Assembly: GCA_002104905.1 (NCBI GenBank)
Contig: MCFE01000350.1
Span: 1 to 64,000 of the forward strand
Source: Basidiobolus meristosporus CBS 931.73
Taxonomy: Eukaryota > Fungi > Basidiobolomycota
Reading direction: 5' to 3'
DNA length: 64,000 nt
Each line of letters opens with the position of its first letter. Position 1 is the stretch's first letter. A program made the translations under genes and the position numbers. Of this stretch, positions 49,556-62,283 are shown one piece after another. The notes under the pieces were generated by a model, which saw only the letters and a program-made list of their open reading frames with translations, did no database searches and was not told where the DNA came from.

Positions 49556-52500
49556 TGTTGAAAAAATTTGTAATTCCACTTAAATATTCACCTAACTAAT
49601 CACTTAGATCATTACCTTCCAATCCTAGGGAGTACTGACCAAATTCCTTAATGGGATTTACTTATAATATTTTCACCAAAATACCAGGTACCCAGTACAT
49701 GAAAATTCTCAAAGCTGTCCAAATAGCCCCAAACTTTGCACATATGTTCTTGGGACTTTCCTTAGCCAATGCTATGTGTTTGCAATGCTAAGACCATGTA
49801 AAAGTATTTATACTACGTTTACATTTAATAAATCATTAAGTGAAAACCACATAATCTACTTGTCCTCCCAAATCACATCCAATATCTCCAAGACTGTTAC
49901 AACAGGCTATGAGCCCTGAGCTGTCACTCTCTGCAATGTCTACTACTGCTATTGTTGGAGTTTTTCCCTCTGCTGAAAAGTTGGAAGGACTGAACTACCA
50001 AGTGTGGAAGGTGAAGATGAAGATGCTGCCACAAGAAAGAGGCCTTTGGGATATTGTCATGGGAGAAGAATGCCCTCCTAAAAATTTGGGAGAGGAAGCC
50101 TTAAAGTACCATAAGAAAGAGCAAAGTGCCTTCAACTGCATATGCCTTAATGTTAAAGACAAACTGCTAATTCAATGCTCAAGATCAAAAATGGCAAAGA
50201 ATGCCTGGAAGGCATTAGAAGACACCTACCAGTCATGTTCAGCTGCTAAAAAAATGTATCCAAGACAAAAATTCTTTACTAAAAAGATGCAGCCAGGAGA
50301 AGAAATGAAAAATCTCATTAACAGTAATACCCTGCTGGTGGATGCGATGGAATCTGTGGGTGTACCAACTACTGATGATAATTTGATAGTTACCATCCTG
50401 AATAGCCCAACAGACAAGTTTCAGGGCCTTCTATCAGCCCTAGAGTCCAGAACTGAAGATTTGACCTTAAATTACATATATGGAAGGCTCTTGGATGAAG
50501 AATTAAGAAAATTAAGTGCCAATAAGAAGGAAGAAGAAAATGCTTTAATAAGCAATGATAGCCAACAAAGAAGATACTCAAGACCTTTCAAGGCAATATC
50601 AACCTGTTTTGTAACTACTGCAAAAGGTGAGGACACACATCAGACTGGTGCTTCAAAAAGAGAGATAGTCAGTGGAAAAAGCCTGAATATGGAAATGCTG
50701 CCACAACTGAAGATAGACTATTCATATCTGCACTAAATATGACCACAAACAAGGATTCTCAGATGTGGTATATTGACTCTAGAGCATCTCACACTTTACA
50801 CACCAAAAAGAACTTTTTACCCAATATCAAGAAATTCCAATTAAGGAGGTTTTCATGGGTGACAATAGAAGACTTGATGCAGTGGGAGAAGGAACTATCC
50901 AAGTAAACCTTGAAAGCAGTGAAGGAAGCCATACACTGACCTTTAAAGAAGTACTCTATGTATCAGATATAGCCAAGAACCTACTATCTTTAAGCAAGGC
51001 TACAGCAGAAGGACTCAGTTTCAGCTTTGACAATTATGGATCCAAGATCACTGATCAAAATGGTACACATATTGCTTTGGGTATCAGAGATCAAACTCCA
51101 TATAAGTTGACTTATGTTCCATCATATTTGGAAGCCAATATAAGTAACTTAAATGAAAAAACACCAATGCTTTGGCCCAGGAGATTTGAGCACATTAATT
51201 TTGATTATTTGCGCAAAATGATCAAAGATCAGCTAATTTCTGGAGTAAAAATTGATCCCCCAACTAATTTGGAGCACTGTGAAGCCTGCATATACAGTAA
51301 ACAAGCCAGACAACTGTTCAAGAGCTCTGGGTCAATCAAAACTAAGAAAAGATCAGATCTAATTTACTCAGATCTATGTGGACCTATGCAAAATTTATCC
51401 ACAGGTGGGATGAAGTACTTAATCACTTTTATTGATGATTGTACAAGATACACATGGGTCTACTTCATGGAGAGAAAGGAAGAAGCTCTGTCTAAGTTCA
51501 GGGAGTTCAAAGCTATGGTGGAGAGAGAAACTGGTGAAAAAATCAAGAAAATACGCTCTGACAATGGTGGAAAATATACCTCAAAACTCTCATCCACTTC
51601 TGCAAAATTCATGGGATAAAGCAAGAGACTATTGTACCATACTCCCCACAGCAAAATGGAGTAGCAGAACAAGCTAACAGATCAATAATTGATATGACAA
51701 GATCTATGATCCATGATCAAAAATTATCCTATGATTTTTGGGCAAAATCAGTTGCCATAGCTATATACCTTAAAAATAGGAGTTATAACAGAATACTTTG
51801 GGATTCTACTCCATTTGAAGCATGGTATGGATACAGAACAAGTGCAGAACATCTAAGAATATTTGGGTGTACAGCATATGCCAAGAAACTGCCTGGAAAT
51901 CAGTCAAAATTTAAGCTAAAAAGAGTAAAATGCATATTATGGGGCTACTGCAATGAGATTCAAGCATACAGATTCTACAATACCAATGAAAAGAAGCTAA
52001 TTAAGTCCAGGGATATGTGTGACAAAAATTCAAGATTTTCACAAAAAATGACATCAGATGATGACAAAAATCTGATCTCAAGTCCACCAATTGTCAGGAT
52101 TGGATCAGAGCAAAACAATGAAAATTCTTTCACTCCAGAGGACTCTACAACCATGGTTCAGCCTGAATCAGTGCCTAGGAATAGCCCAGAAGTGATCATT
52201 CCTGTATTGAATGCCTGGAGATTCAACCAGACCAGATATAGCCCAAATTTCTATATCAATGAGGGTACAACTTAGCCTATGCCTATTCAGTCCATATTGA
52301 AGAAACCCAGACTATAAAAGCGGGCCTATATGGCCCTCAGACAAAGTTTTGGAGATCTGCAAAGACTGAGGAATATCAGGCCCTAATAGAAAATCAAACT
52401 TGCAACTTAGTCACATTACCAATCAACCAAAAATCAATTGGATGCAGATGAGTCTCTAAGACAAAGTACAAGGCTGAGAGTACAATTGAACACACTTGTG

Positions 52501-54219
52501 GCCAAAGGATACTCTCAAACAAAAAGACTTGACTATACTGAGACCTTTGCATTGGTAGCCAAGTTTAATTCCGTCAGATTGATATTTGCTACTGCAGCCA
52601 AATAGAAGTTTTTTATTCATCAAATGGATGTGAAAACTGCATTTTTGAATGAAGAACTTGATGAGGACATGTATAAGAACCAGCCTGATGAGTTTGCTGA
52701 CTAAGATAACTCCCTTGTGGCCTGCAAGCTTAAGAAATCTTTATACAGTCTCAAATAGTCACCAAGAGCCTGGAATTGCATGATAGATTCTTATCTGGAG
52801 TCCTTGAGTTCCAAAAGGAGTAATGCTGACTATAGTATACACTAAAAGCCAGATAGAGCAAGTCCAGTTCTATTAGCTCTATATGTGGATGATCTTATTA
52901 TAGCCACCAATAACCTAGCAACATTGGAAGAGACTAAATCCAGCCTATCTAAAGAGTTCAGGATGTCTTATCTAGGAGAACTCAGTTACTACTTGGGATA
53001 AAGTTGGCCATAGAAAGAAGTACCCTGACTATCACCCTAAGCCAATCCAAGTATATTCAACAAATACTAAAGAAGTACTAAATGGAACACTGTAAACCAG
53101 CAGCTATCCTAACAGAGTCAAACCTTAACTTGGTCAAAGCTTGACCAAATCAAGTGAGCTTGGTGCCATCAAAAAGCCCTGACTTTCCTTATCAGTCATT
53201 GGTTAGCAGTCTGCTGTATATCATGCATGGAATACATCCAAACATCTCATATTCAGTAGGAGTTGTCAGCCAGCATAATCAGAACTATGGATCTGATTGT
53301 ATTGCAGCAGTTAAGCAGATTTTTAGATATCTGAAAGGAGCTGCAATGTCTGCTTAGGATACTCTTATAAGGATTCAGAACAGGACCTTGTAGGATACTA
53401 TGATGCTGATTGGGGACAAAATTTGGAAGACAGAAGATCCACCACAGGATACACTTTTGTTTACTGTCAATGAGTAATTTCATGGAATTCAAGGAAGCAA
53501 CCAACCATAGCACTTTCCACCACAGAAGCAGAGTATATGGCAGCCTGTGAAGCTACAAAAGAAGCAATGTGGTTAAGAAAGCCTCTTACAGATTTAGGTC
53601 TATGTTAAAAAACACCTATTACTTTATTTCAAGACAATCAAGGATGTATACCATTAGGTAGAAATCCAACTTTTTGTGCTAGAACCAAGTACATAGATAT
53701 TAGACATGACTTCATATGTGAAGCTATAGAGAATAGCTTAGTTAGCTTAGTTTACTGTCCTTCAGATGAAATGATTGCAGACATATTTACCAAATCATTA
53801 GCTAGAGACAAGTCTGAATATCTTAGGTCAAAATTAGGAATAGTCAGTATGAACATTTAGCTGAGTGGGAGTGTAGTAAAAATTTGTAATTGCACCTAAA
53901 TATTCACCTAGCTTAGTCACTTAGATCATTACCTTCCAATCCTAGGGAATACTGACCAAATTCCTTGTTGGGATTTACTTAGAATATTTTCACCAAAATA
54001 TCAGGTACCCAGAACATGAAAATTCTCAAAGCTGTCCAAACAGCCCATAACTTTGCACACATGTTCTTGGGACCTTCCGTAACCTACACTATGTGCTTGA
54101 ATGCCAAGACCATGTAAAAATGTATATAGTAATTTGCATTCAATAAATCATTAAGTAAAAACCAGATAATATGTTTGTCCTCCCAAATCACTTTCAATAT
54201 CTCCAAGACTCTTATAACA
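49556..54219 (+). mobile_element. Full-length but degenerate Ty1/copia LTR retrotransposon (family A); LTRs 49556-49904 and 53872-54219
   Basis: TG..CA LTRs about 85-90% alike, TSD caaag/caatg, PBS ggctatgagccc, PPT gagtgggag. Order is gag, PR (WYIDSRAS), IN (HCEAC, SDLCGP, RSDNGG), RT (QMDVKTAFL, YVDDL), RNase H (EAEYMA, ADIFTK), with many stops and frameshifts. Confidence 0.95.
49905..49916 (+). promoter_or_regulatory. Copia-type PBS complementary to the anticodon region of initiator tRNA-Met (half-tRNA priming)
   Basis: ggctatgagccc directly after the LTR resembles the Drosophila copia PBS GGTTATGGGCCC; the gag ATG lies inside it. Confidence 0.75.
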
Positions 54220-54266
54220 CAATGGAGGTGCTCAGGACCCTTTAAGGGCAACAGCAACTTTGATAG

Positions 54267-55170
54267 TGTTGCAGTATTCTGAGGAGTACTGGAAGTGATG
54301 TGCTGAACCAGAGAATTTACATGTTATTCACTTGTAGATTCATTGATCAAAGGTATTGTTATTATACTGTTGATGAAGTAGAGCAAGCAAGTGTGCAGAG
54401 TTTGTTAAGGAAGGTCCCAGGAATATGTGTGCAAAGCTTCGGGTGTTTTGGACCACTTTAAGAAAGATCATAATCTGCGTATCATATAATTTGGTAAGAA
54501 TATCTTAAGTAAATCCTGACAAGAAATTTGGTCAGGACAGAATGCTAATCTCAGAGTAAGATATTTGTGACTAAGCTAGCATGAGTATTTAGGTGACAAC
54601 TTAATAATTACAACACTCCCACTTGACAAAACATTCATAAGTACACATATTGGCAGTGTGCAAACTGTAATAAGCATACAAGAACTCAACTCTGTTGCAA
54701 ACTGGACTAATATATTATCCAACAGTATATGTATTTGTGCTCAACTTATTTTAACAAGCCACTTTAAGTTCAAGGTGCATATGTACTTGATAGTATGCCT
54801 AAAAATCAGAATGATCCAATCAAACTACTAATTGTCATCTTTGATCAATAGCACAGGCTTTAATAATGAGCTGAGTCTAATTGTCATATTGTAATAGTGC
54901 TATATAGCCTCAGGGCTATCCAATGCATCTTATCTGAGCAAAATTAACCCTCTTTTGGTTAAGTTAAGGTTTTGTCATTAATAGTAGATCTGGAGTCTCC
55001 ATATTTCCAAGCAACAGTTTATTCATTTAGGCAACTATACTCTGTGTCCATATTAGACTCAGAGACAGTTACTTTCATCATATAGACTCTATATGAGGTA
55101 AAAAGATAATGACCTATTTTTGGCCAAGTTAAGGTTTTGTCTTCTACACCTGATTTGGGTTATCTTTGTT
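54267..55170 (-). mobile_element. 3' fragment of copia family B: 3' internal region, PPT (54616-54623) and 3' LTR (54267-54615)
   Basis: LTR is the reverse complement of 55234-55581; 54640-55140 is the reverse-complement homolog of 63560-64000. Confidence 0.85.
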
Positions 55171-55172
55171 TC

Positions 55173-55233
55173 TGTTGTAAGAGTTTTGGAGATATTGGAA
55201 GTGATTGGGAGAACAAGTAGATTATGTAGTTTT
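55173..55233 (-). mobile_element. Truncated family A LTR 3' end
   Basis: Reverse complement matches the final ~60 bp of the family A LTR (ataatctacttg..caatatctccaa..ttacaaca). Confidence 0.75.
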
Positions 55234-57424
55234 TGTTGTAATTATTAAGTTGTCATCAAAATATTCATGCTAACTTAGTCACATAGATCTTATTCTTTGA
55301 TTAGCATTCTGTCCTGACCAAGTTTCTTGTGGGATTTACTTGGAATATTTTCACCAAATTATCAGGTACCCAGATTATGATCTTTCTCAAAGTTGTCCAA
55401 AAGCCCCCAAACTTTGCACACATACTCTTGGGACCTTCCTTAACAAGATATACATGTATGATTGCTCTACTTTATCAAAAGTACAAATACCATACTTTTG
55501 ATCAATAAATCTACAAGTGGATAACATGTAGATCCTTTAGCTCTCCACATCACTTCCAATACTCCTCAGATTATTGCAGCAGGCTATGCGCCCCAAGCTT
55601 GCTGTCCTCTTTGTGTCTACTTTGCCTTGGATCCATTTCTGCTAGTCTGGAGAAAGAATATCTGCACTATTGCCCTGCCAAAGTTAAAGATGACTACTGC
55701 TGATAAAAGGACTATGTTCATGAGGATATTGCTGTGGAGAAGAAGGCCTTGCCTTCAAAAGACTCATACAGTAACTACTCAAGCTAGTTATGAAGGAGAG
55801 TTTATCAAGTTGACGCAAAAATATGTCAAGAAATAGAGTGTGTTGGTGCTATACTACTACTGAAGACAATTGCATAATTCCAGCAATTGAGGGTACAGAT
55901 CTACAATAAAATATATTGCTATATGTATTTGTATAGCCTCAATGAACTGTTAAACAAGCTTTTGGATAAGATACTATCCTGAATTTCAAAAAAAAATATA
56001 GATCATCATTGCATGACTGCCGGAGGAAGATTTTACAAAATCTGTTGCTACTCAAAATAAGACTGAGAATGCAAGTACTGGAGCTTTTAACTGCCATTTT
56101 AGACTATCTATTTATGGAAAGAGGTCTCAGAAACAAGCTCTCTGAGTTGTAAGGATCCTGATGATATATATTACAAATATATCCACCTGGAGTACAGATA
56201 TGTACTACACAATCCAATGGAAGAATGCTTTATTTTATCAAGTGTTTTTATACTGAAGCTAATGTACCAGAAGCCAAATATGGAGCTGTTAGATGTGCTA
56301 TCACTCTGCTTAAGTCCCAAAACAGTGGGAGAAAGTATTATTCAAATTTAGCAAAATTAACTCAAGAAGATTCTATCACTAGCCAGTGAGAGTGAAGCAA
56401 ATGATTGCAAGCCTGATTGGAGTATACAACAAAGCAACAGTTGGCCAGTATACAACTGCAGGCCACTCAGAAGATAACATAGTACTTTATACTTGTTATA
56501 TATATATCACTTATTACATTGGGAGAAAACACTTTGTGACATTTGATTCTCAGAATCAGATCAGAAGAATTGCAATTGATCCAGTCACTGCCAAGCTCTG
56601 CAACTCAAAGAGCTATATATTGAAGTCTGATATCAAAGCACTGATGAAACTAGCTTGCAAATGCAGCTTATTTAATTAAATTTGGACAACTCTATCAAAA
56701 TGCTGATTGATCTAAGTAGATGCTGATTTTGACTATATTACTCTCAAATAGTCAAATATTGTGGACAAATGATGTCATGAGGTCTTCTGTACTCAAACAC
56801 ACTGTGGTTCCACCTTTAAGACAGTCCAGAACCATCCCACAAAAGGAATTTCCCTTTGATCATCAGCAGAAAGAGAAAAAGAAGAAAAAATGGGAAAATA
56901 CTGTCATGATCACATGACAACCATGAACACCCATGCCAAGTTTCAGCTTCCCAGCTCAATTTCTAAGAGATTCCTTCCGGAACCTTCTACCACCTTCCAG
57001 AAAGTTCCTGACCATTCCAAACCATTGTTACACAATGGAACATTCCATGGAAGCTTTCCATCGTATTTTTTATAGTCCAGTACCATATATGGAAATACCA
57101 GGTCACATGACTTAGTCACATGATCAGGTGACCCAATCCATTTCCCCATCCTGTCTCAGTACCGTGTCATCTATGTCATTATCCCCAGCACCATTGCTGT
57201 GCCTCACCCCACAACCCCATTAGTATTAGCTAACATCTCTCGGCATCAATATAGCCAAAAAGTATATATAGTCCTATCCCCCCTTAAGTATTCCTCAGTC
57301 TGATAAACACAGGTCTTGAATAAACAGCCTTGCCTTGAATCCTGCCTTGCCTTGATGGTCCACACCTAAGTCCTTTCCTGCCGTGCCTAGCTTTTCCTCC
57401 TGCCTTGTGTCTATTCATAACAGT

Positions 57425-57436
57425 TTTATCAGACTG
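57425..57436 (+). promoter_or_regulatory. Self-priming PBS complementary to the LTR R-region start (57296-57307)
   Basis: tttatcagactg is the exact reverse complement of cagtctgataaa, which lies 33 nt downstream of the start of TATATATA at 57263. Confidence 0.85.
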
Positions 57437-57829
57437 CTCCTGACTTACCTGTGGATCCCTGCCTTCTGCCCAAAGTTTGAAGAAAACTTGTAAAAGGAAT
57501 ACTCACCGTAAGTATCACCCATCATCTTTCCCTAGTCTTGTCCTATAAAGGCAAAGATACTTTATCTTTGTAAAACTATTGGTCAAAGCTGCATTCACTT
57601 TATTACCCTGCTGGTGGAGTTTACAGTTGTTACAGTATTGGAAGCTTTAGTACAATACTCTATCAAAGGACGTTGAAACCAGTACCTTCTGAAGTGACGC
57701 TAACTTATTTAAGTTGGGGATTGTGGCTCAATAGTTGTATTCTTGACATACTAGTGGCTTTACAAACCCACAATCTAGTTTAGTATATTCCAGTATTCCT
57801 TGCAAGTTCATCCGCCTTCCTCTGCTACC

Positions 57830-58762
57830 ATGTCCAACCTAGAGCTGAACTTTGCCCAGCTCATGGCTGCCTTTACCCAACTGCAGCAAGACCATGCAGA
57901 CCTCAGAAACACTCTTGCTCAGTTCCAGAACCAAAGTGTCCAGCAAACTAGCCATGTCCCAGTCTACCAAGAACCCAAGTATACTCCTGCTACCAAGTTC
58001 AATGGCTCTCAGAATGAATTCCGTGGCTTCATCAACATGGTGAAGAACAATCTTGCACTCCAGCCCAACCGGTACCCCACTGACCAGGCCAAAGTTGGGT
58101 TCATCTCCAACCTGCTTACTGGTACAGCTCTCAAGTGGTTCTCCCCATTAGTGGAGACCAACTCTCCCCTACTCAGAGACTACCAAGCCTTTCTCACTGA
58201 AATGGAGCTAACATTTGGTAACCTTGACCAAGCCAGAACTGCTGCCAACAAGATCAAGACCCTCAAGCAAGGGAACAAGCCAGCATCAGTCTATGCCTCA
58301 GAATTCCGACAACTCTCCAGTGACCTCAGCTCCTGGGGTCAAGCAGCCTTGATTAGCCAATTTCAAGATGGCCTCAATGATGAAGTCTGTGATCTGCTAC
58401 TCACACTCCCAGATCCAGATACATTGGTTGAAGCTATGCACCAAGCAATCCGGTGTGATAACAGACTATTCCAGAAGAAGCAAAAGAACCGTCAAAGACA
58501 CATTCCTGTTGCAGTCCCAGCCCCTCCTGCTCCCCAAGTCACTCCAGAAGATCCTATGCAGATTGATAGTGCCAAATACAAGAAACTATCAAAGAGTGAA
58601 AAGTCCAGACGTCAACAAGCCAACCTCTGTCTATACTGTGGCCAACCAGGTCACTTTGCCAAGTCCTGCCCCAACAAGAAGTCCAGCTTCAAGCTGATGC
58701 AGTCCTCCAGCAACCAACCTGATCCAGATCTGTCGGGAAACTCCAATGTCCAGTTGCACTGA
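57830..58762 (+). CDS. gag: Gag with CCHC zinc knuckle
   Basis: [12 protein letters not shown]..., [34 protein letters not shown]; ATG in an accATG context. Confidence 0.95.
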   Translation: MSNLELNFAQLMAAFTQLQQDHADLRNTLAQFQNQSVQQTSHVPVYQEPKYTPATKFNGSQNEFRGFINMVKNNLALQPNRYPTDQAKVGFISNLLTGTALKWFSPLVETNSPLLRDYQAFLTEMELTFGNLDQARTAANKIKTLKQGNKPASVYASEFRQLSSDLSSWGQAALISQFQDGLNDEVCDLLLTLPDPDTLVEAMHQAIRCDNRLFQKKQKNRQRHIPVAVPAPPAPQVTPEDPMQIDSAKYKKLSKSEKSRRQQANLCLYCGQPGHFAKSCPNKKSSFKLMQSSSNQPDPDLSGNSNVQLH

Positions 58763-61700
58763 CAGGCTTGCAACTGGACCCACCCATGAAAATCCAGCAT
58801 ATCCAAGAATCTTCCTTTGCCACAAAATCTATCCAGTCCTTGAGAATGCCTGTCAAAATCCAGATCCCTGACTCCAGTCCTGTCCCAGCCCTAGCCCTGA
58901 TTGATTCCGGTGCTTCATCCTGTTTCATTGACCAAGCCTTTGTCCAGAAGCACTCTATTCCTGTTACCTTGAAATCCTGTCCAGTCCAAGTAGAAGTTAT
59001 TGATGGAAGATCACTCTCCTCTGGTGCCATTACCCATGAAACATGCTTACTCCAGCTGTCCAGTACTGCCCACCAAGAAAGAATTGCCTTCAACATCATC
59101 AACTCACCACACTATCCTATTGTGCTTGGAAGCTCATGGTTGAGCTACCACAATCCGAGTATTGATTGGAAATCCAAGATCCTGTCATTCACCAGATCCC
59201 ACCAAGTCAACTCCATGAAATCTCCAGACCCTGATAACCGTGAAAAGACGGTTGCCAACAGTTCAACAGCCCAAGATACCTTGCCAGCTGAAGGAGCCCC
59301 CTCAGCAACTATACCAGCCAAGTACCAAGAGTTTGCCCATGTCTTTGACAAGAAGAAAGCAGAACTCCTCCCTGACCATTGGCCTTATGACTGCCCTATT
59401 GACCTTGAAGATGGAAAAGTCCCTCCATTTGGCCCAATATATAACCTCTCCCAGCCGGAGTTGAAAGAACTCCATGGTTATATTCAAGAAAACCTCCAGA
59501 AGGGTTTTATTCAGCACTCCAAATCACCTGCTGGAGCCCCAATCCTCTTTGTCAAGAAGAAGGATGGCACCCTCAGAATGTGTGTGGACTACCGTGCTTT
59601 GAATAAGATCACAGTCAAGAACCGCTACCCCCTGCCCCTGATCAACACACTGTTGGATCAGCTATCTGCTGCCCAAGTCTTCACCAAGATAGACTTGAGA
59701 GGAGCTTACAATCTTGTCAGAATCAAGCCTGGTGATGAATGGAAAACTGCCTTTCGCACAAGATATGGCCACTTTGAATACAAAGTAATGCCATTTGGCC
59801 TCACCAATGCCCCTGCTGTGTTTCAACACCTCATGAATGACATATTCCGTGAATACCTTGACCATTTTGTGGTAATCTACCTTGATGATATTCTCATATA
59901 CTCCAAGAGCCAAGATGAACATGATGAACATGTCAAGAAAGTATTGAGAAAACTAGACTCTGCCGGTCTCTATGCCAAGCTAGAGAAGTGTGAATTTGAC
60001 CAGAGAGAAGTGGAATTTCTTGGTTATCTCATCAGCCCTGAGGGAACAAGAATGGACCCAAAGAAAGTTGACTCAGTCCAATCCTGGAAAACACCAAGCT
60101 CAATCAAGGAAGTACAATCCTTCCTGGGATTTGCCAACTTCTATCGCAGGTTCATAGTCAACTACTCCAAGATAGTCACCCCTCTGACAAAGCTTACCCA
60201 GAAGAACACACCTTTTGCCTGGAATGAGGAGCAATCCAGCTCATTCAACCAACTCAAGAAATCTTTCCTGAAGGCCCCCCTGCTTGCCCACCCTGACCTT
60301 GAGAAGCAATTCATAGTGGAGACTGATGCTTCTGATTTTGCCCTTGGTGCCATACTCTCCCAGTATGATGAGGACAATGTGTTGCACCCCATTGCATTCT
60401 ACTCTCGGAAGTTTTCCCCTGCAGAGATCAACTACGATATCTATGATAAGGAGTTGCTTGCCATCATTGTAGCCTTTGAGCAATGGAGACACTACCTGGA
60501 CGGTGCAAAACACAAAATCAAAGTCTTCTGTGACCATAAGAACCTTGAGTACTTTGCAACTTCCAAAGTACTAAACCGGAGACAAGCCAGATGGTCACTC
60601 TTCCTGTCCAGCTTTGACTTTACTATCACCTATAGACCTGGTGCAAAGCAAGGAAAGCCTGATGCCCTGTCCAGAAAAAAGGAATATGCCCTGGAAGAGG
60701 GAGATGATGCCTGTTGGCAAATGGAACACCCACTGCTGAGCAAGAAACATTTTGAGATTCTTGCCACCCAGTCCTCAAGTCTTGTCATCCCTTCATTCCT
60801 AGTAAGGATATCAGAGTCCCAGGCCTCTGATATGACTTCCAGCAGCATCAAGAAATATCTGGAATCCCCAGTTGGGCCCCCTCCCAAGTTCCCAAACATC
60901 CAGAACCTGCATTTGGTAAACAACCTCATCTACCACAAGCAGCAGCTTTATGTCCCAGATCTTGCCACCCAGCTAGACATCATTAAGTCTCGGCATGATT
61001 CAATGGCTGCAGGCCACTTTGGTACTGCCAAAACCTTGAATGCTATCAAAAGAGATTTCTGGTGGCCTAGAATGATAACTCTTATCAAAGAGTACATTCT
61101 GACTTGTGATATTTGCAACCGTGCAAAACCAGCCAGACACCAGCCCTATGGACTTCTTCAACCCCTGCCTATCCCAGAACACCAATGGAGATCTATATCT
61201 ATGGACTTCATTACTGACCTCCCTGAGTCATGTGGCTTCAATGCTATACTTGTAGTGGCTGACCGGCTGACCAAGATGGCTCACTTCATCCCTTGCTGTA
61301 AGAACACTGATGCAAAAGAAACTGCTGCTTTAGTCCTGAAGAATATTTTCCGCCTTCATGGTATCCCCAGTGATATTGTGTCAGATAGAGGCCCACAGTT
61401 TGTGTCCAAGTTTTGGAAACACTTCATGCAATACCTCGGTGTTCAAGTCAAGCTCTCTACTGCCTTCCATCCACAGTCTGATGGCCAGACTGAAAGAATC
61501 AACCAGATTCTGGAGCAATACCTCCGGTGCTATATCAATTACCAGCAAGACAATTGGGTTGACCTACTCCCTGTTGCTGAGTTTGCCTACAACAACTCAA
61601 GTCATAGTGCAACCGGTTTTACACCATTCTATGCAAACTATGGATTCCACCCTCAGTTTGATATCCAGATTCCAACAAACCCAATGAGCCCACATGCGGC

Positions 61701-62283
61701 TGAACATGCCCAAGCAATCCAGGACATCCAGAGCACCCTCAAGGAAGAGCTATCCTTAGCTCAGGAAAGCTACAAGAAATTTGCCAATCTAAAACGGCAT
61801 CCCAGCCCTGATCTTAATGAAGGAGATTCTGTATGGTTGCTCAGAAGAAACATCAGCACCAACCGCCCTTGTGACAAGTTGGATTTCAAGAAACTTGGTC
61901 CCTTTAAGATCAAGAAGAAGCTTAGCCCTATAGTATATCAGCTACAGTTACCAGCAAGTATGAAAATCCATGATACTTTCCATGTGTCCCTCCTGGAGCC
62001 GTATTGTAGGAACACATTGCCAAACCGGCTAGAAGCAAAGCCCCAAGCTATCCAGGTTGACCAACATCAAGAATTTGAAGTTAAACAGATTCTAGACTCC
62101 AAGTATATCCGGTCAAAGCTGTACTACTTAGTAGACTGGATTGGTTATGGCCCAAGTGACCAAACATGGGAACCAGCTACACATCTCACTAATTGTCAAG
62201 AACTAGTTACCCAGTTCCACCAACAATATCCTGCAAAACCTGCCCCAAAGGGAAACAGAGCTCCGCCTGGAAGAGGAGAATAG
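58723..62283 (+). CDS. pol: Pol (protease, RT, RNase H, integrase, chromodomain) in the -1 frame relative to gag
   Basis: [44 protein letters not shown] (DDE), C-terminal FEVKQILD...YYLVDWIGY...TWEP chromodomain; the frame is open from 58723. Confidence 0.97.
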   Translation, partial: SRSVGKLQCPVALTGLQLDPPMKIQHIQESSFATKSIQSLRMPVKIQIPDSSPVPALALIDSGASSCFIDQAFVQKHSIPVTLKSCPVQVEVIDGRSLSSGAITHETCLLQLSSTAHQERIAFNIINSPHYPIVLGSSWLSYHNPSIDWKSKILSFTRSHQVNSMKSPDPDNREKTVANSSTAQDTLPAEGAPSATIPAKYQEFAHVFDKKKAELLPDHWPYDCPIDLEDGKVPPFGPIYNLSQPELKELHGYIQENLQKGFIQHSKSPAGAPILFVKKKDGTLRMCVDYRALNKITVKNRYPLPLINTLLDQLSAAQVFTKIDLRGAYNLVRIKPGDEWKTAFRTRYGHFEYKVMPFGLTNAPAVFQHLMNDIFREYLDHFVVIYLDDILIYSKSQDEHDEHVKKVLRKLDSAGLYAKLEKCEFDQREVEFLGYLISPEGTRMDPKKVDSVQSWKTPSSIKEVQSFLGFANFYRRFIVNYSKIVTPLTKLTQKNTPFAWNEEQSSSFNQLKKSFLKAPLLAHPDLEKQFIVETDASDFALGAILSQYDEDNVLHPIAFYSRKFSPAEINYDIYDKELLAIIVAFEQWRHYLDGAKHKIKVFCDHKNLEYFATSKVLNRRQARWSLFLSSFDFTITYRPGAKQGKPDALSRKKEYALEEGDDACWQMEHPLLSKKHFEILATQSSSLVIPSFLVRISESQASDMTSSSIKKYLESPVGPPPKFPNIQNLHLVNNLIYHKQQLYVPDLATQLDIIKSRHDSMAAGHFGTAKTLNAIKRDFWWPRMITLIKEYILTCDICNRAKPARHQPYGLLQPLPIPEHQWRSISMDFITDLPESCGFNAILVVADRLTKMAHFIPCCKNTDAKETAALVLKNIFRLHGIPSDIVSDRGPQFVSKFWKHFMQYLGVQVKLSTAFHPQSDGQTERINQILEQYLRCYINYQQDNWVDLLPVAEFAYNNSSHSATGFTPFYANYGFHPQFDIQIPTNPMSPHAAEHAQAIQDIQSTLKEELSLAQESYKKFANLKRHPSPDLNEGDSVWLLRRNISTNRPCDKLDFKKLGPFKIKKKLSPIVYQLQLPASMKIHDTFHVSLLEPYCRNTLPNRLEAKPQAIQVDQHQEFEVKQILDSKYIRSKLYYLVDWIGYGPSDQTWEPATHLTNCQELVTQFHQQYPAKPAPKGNRAPPGRGE
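58735..58855 (+). promoter_or_regulatory. -1 programmed ribosomal frameshift signal (G GGA AAC plus pseudoknot)
   Basis: The heptamer is in the correct gag phase, followed by a 6-nt spacer, an 11-bp perfect stem and an 8-bp loop-to-downstream complement. Confidence 0.88.

Noticed and set aside
56890-57149. Small ORFs within the chromovirus LTRs (repeated at 62315-62531)
   Set aside because: Chance ORFs duplicated with the LTR; no coding features
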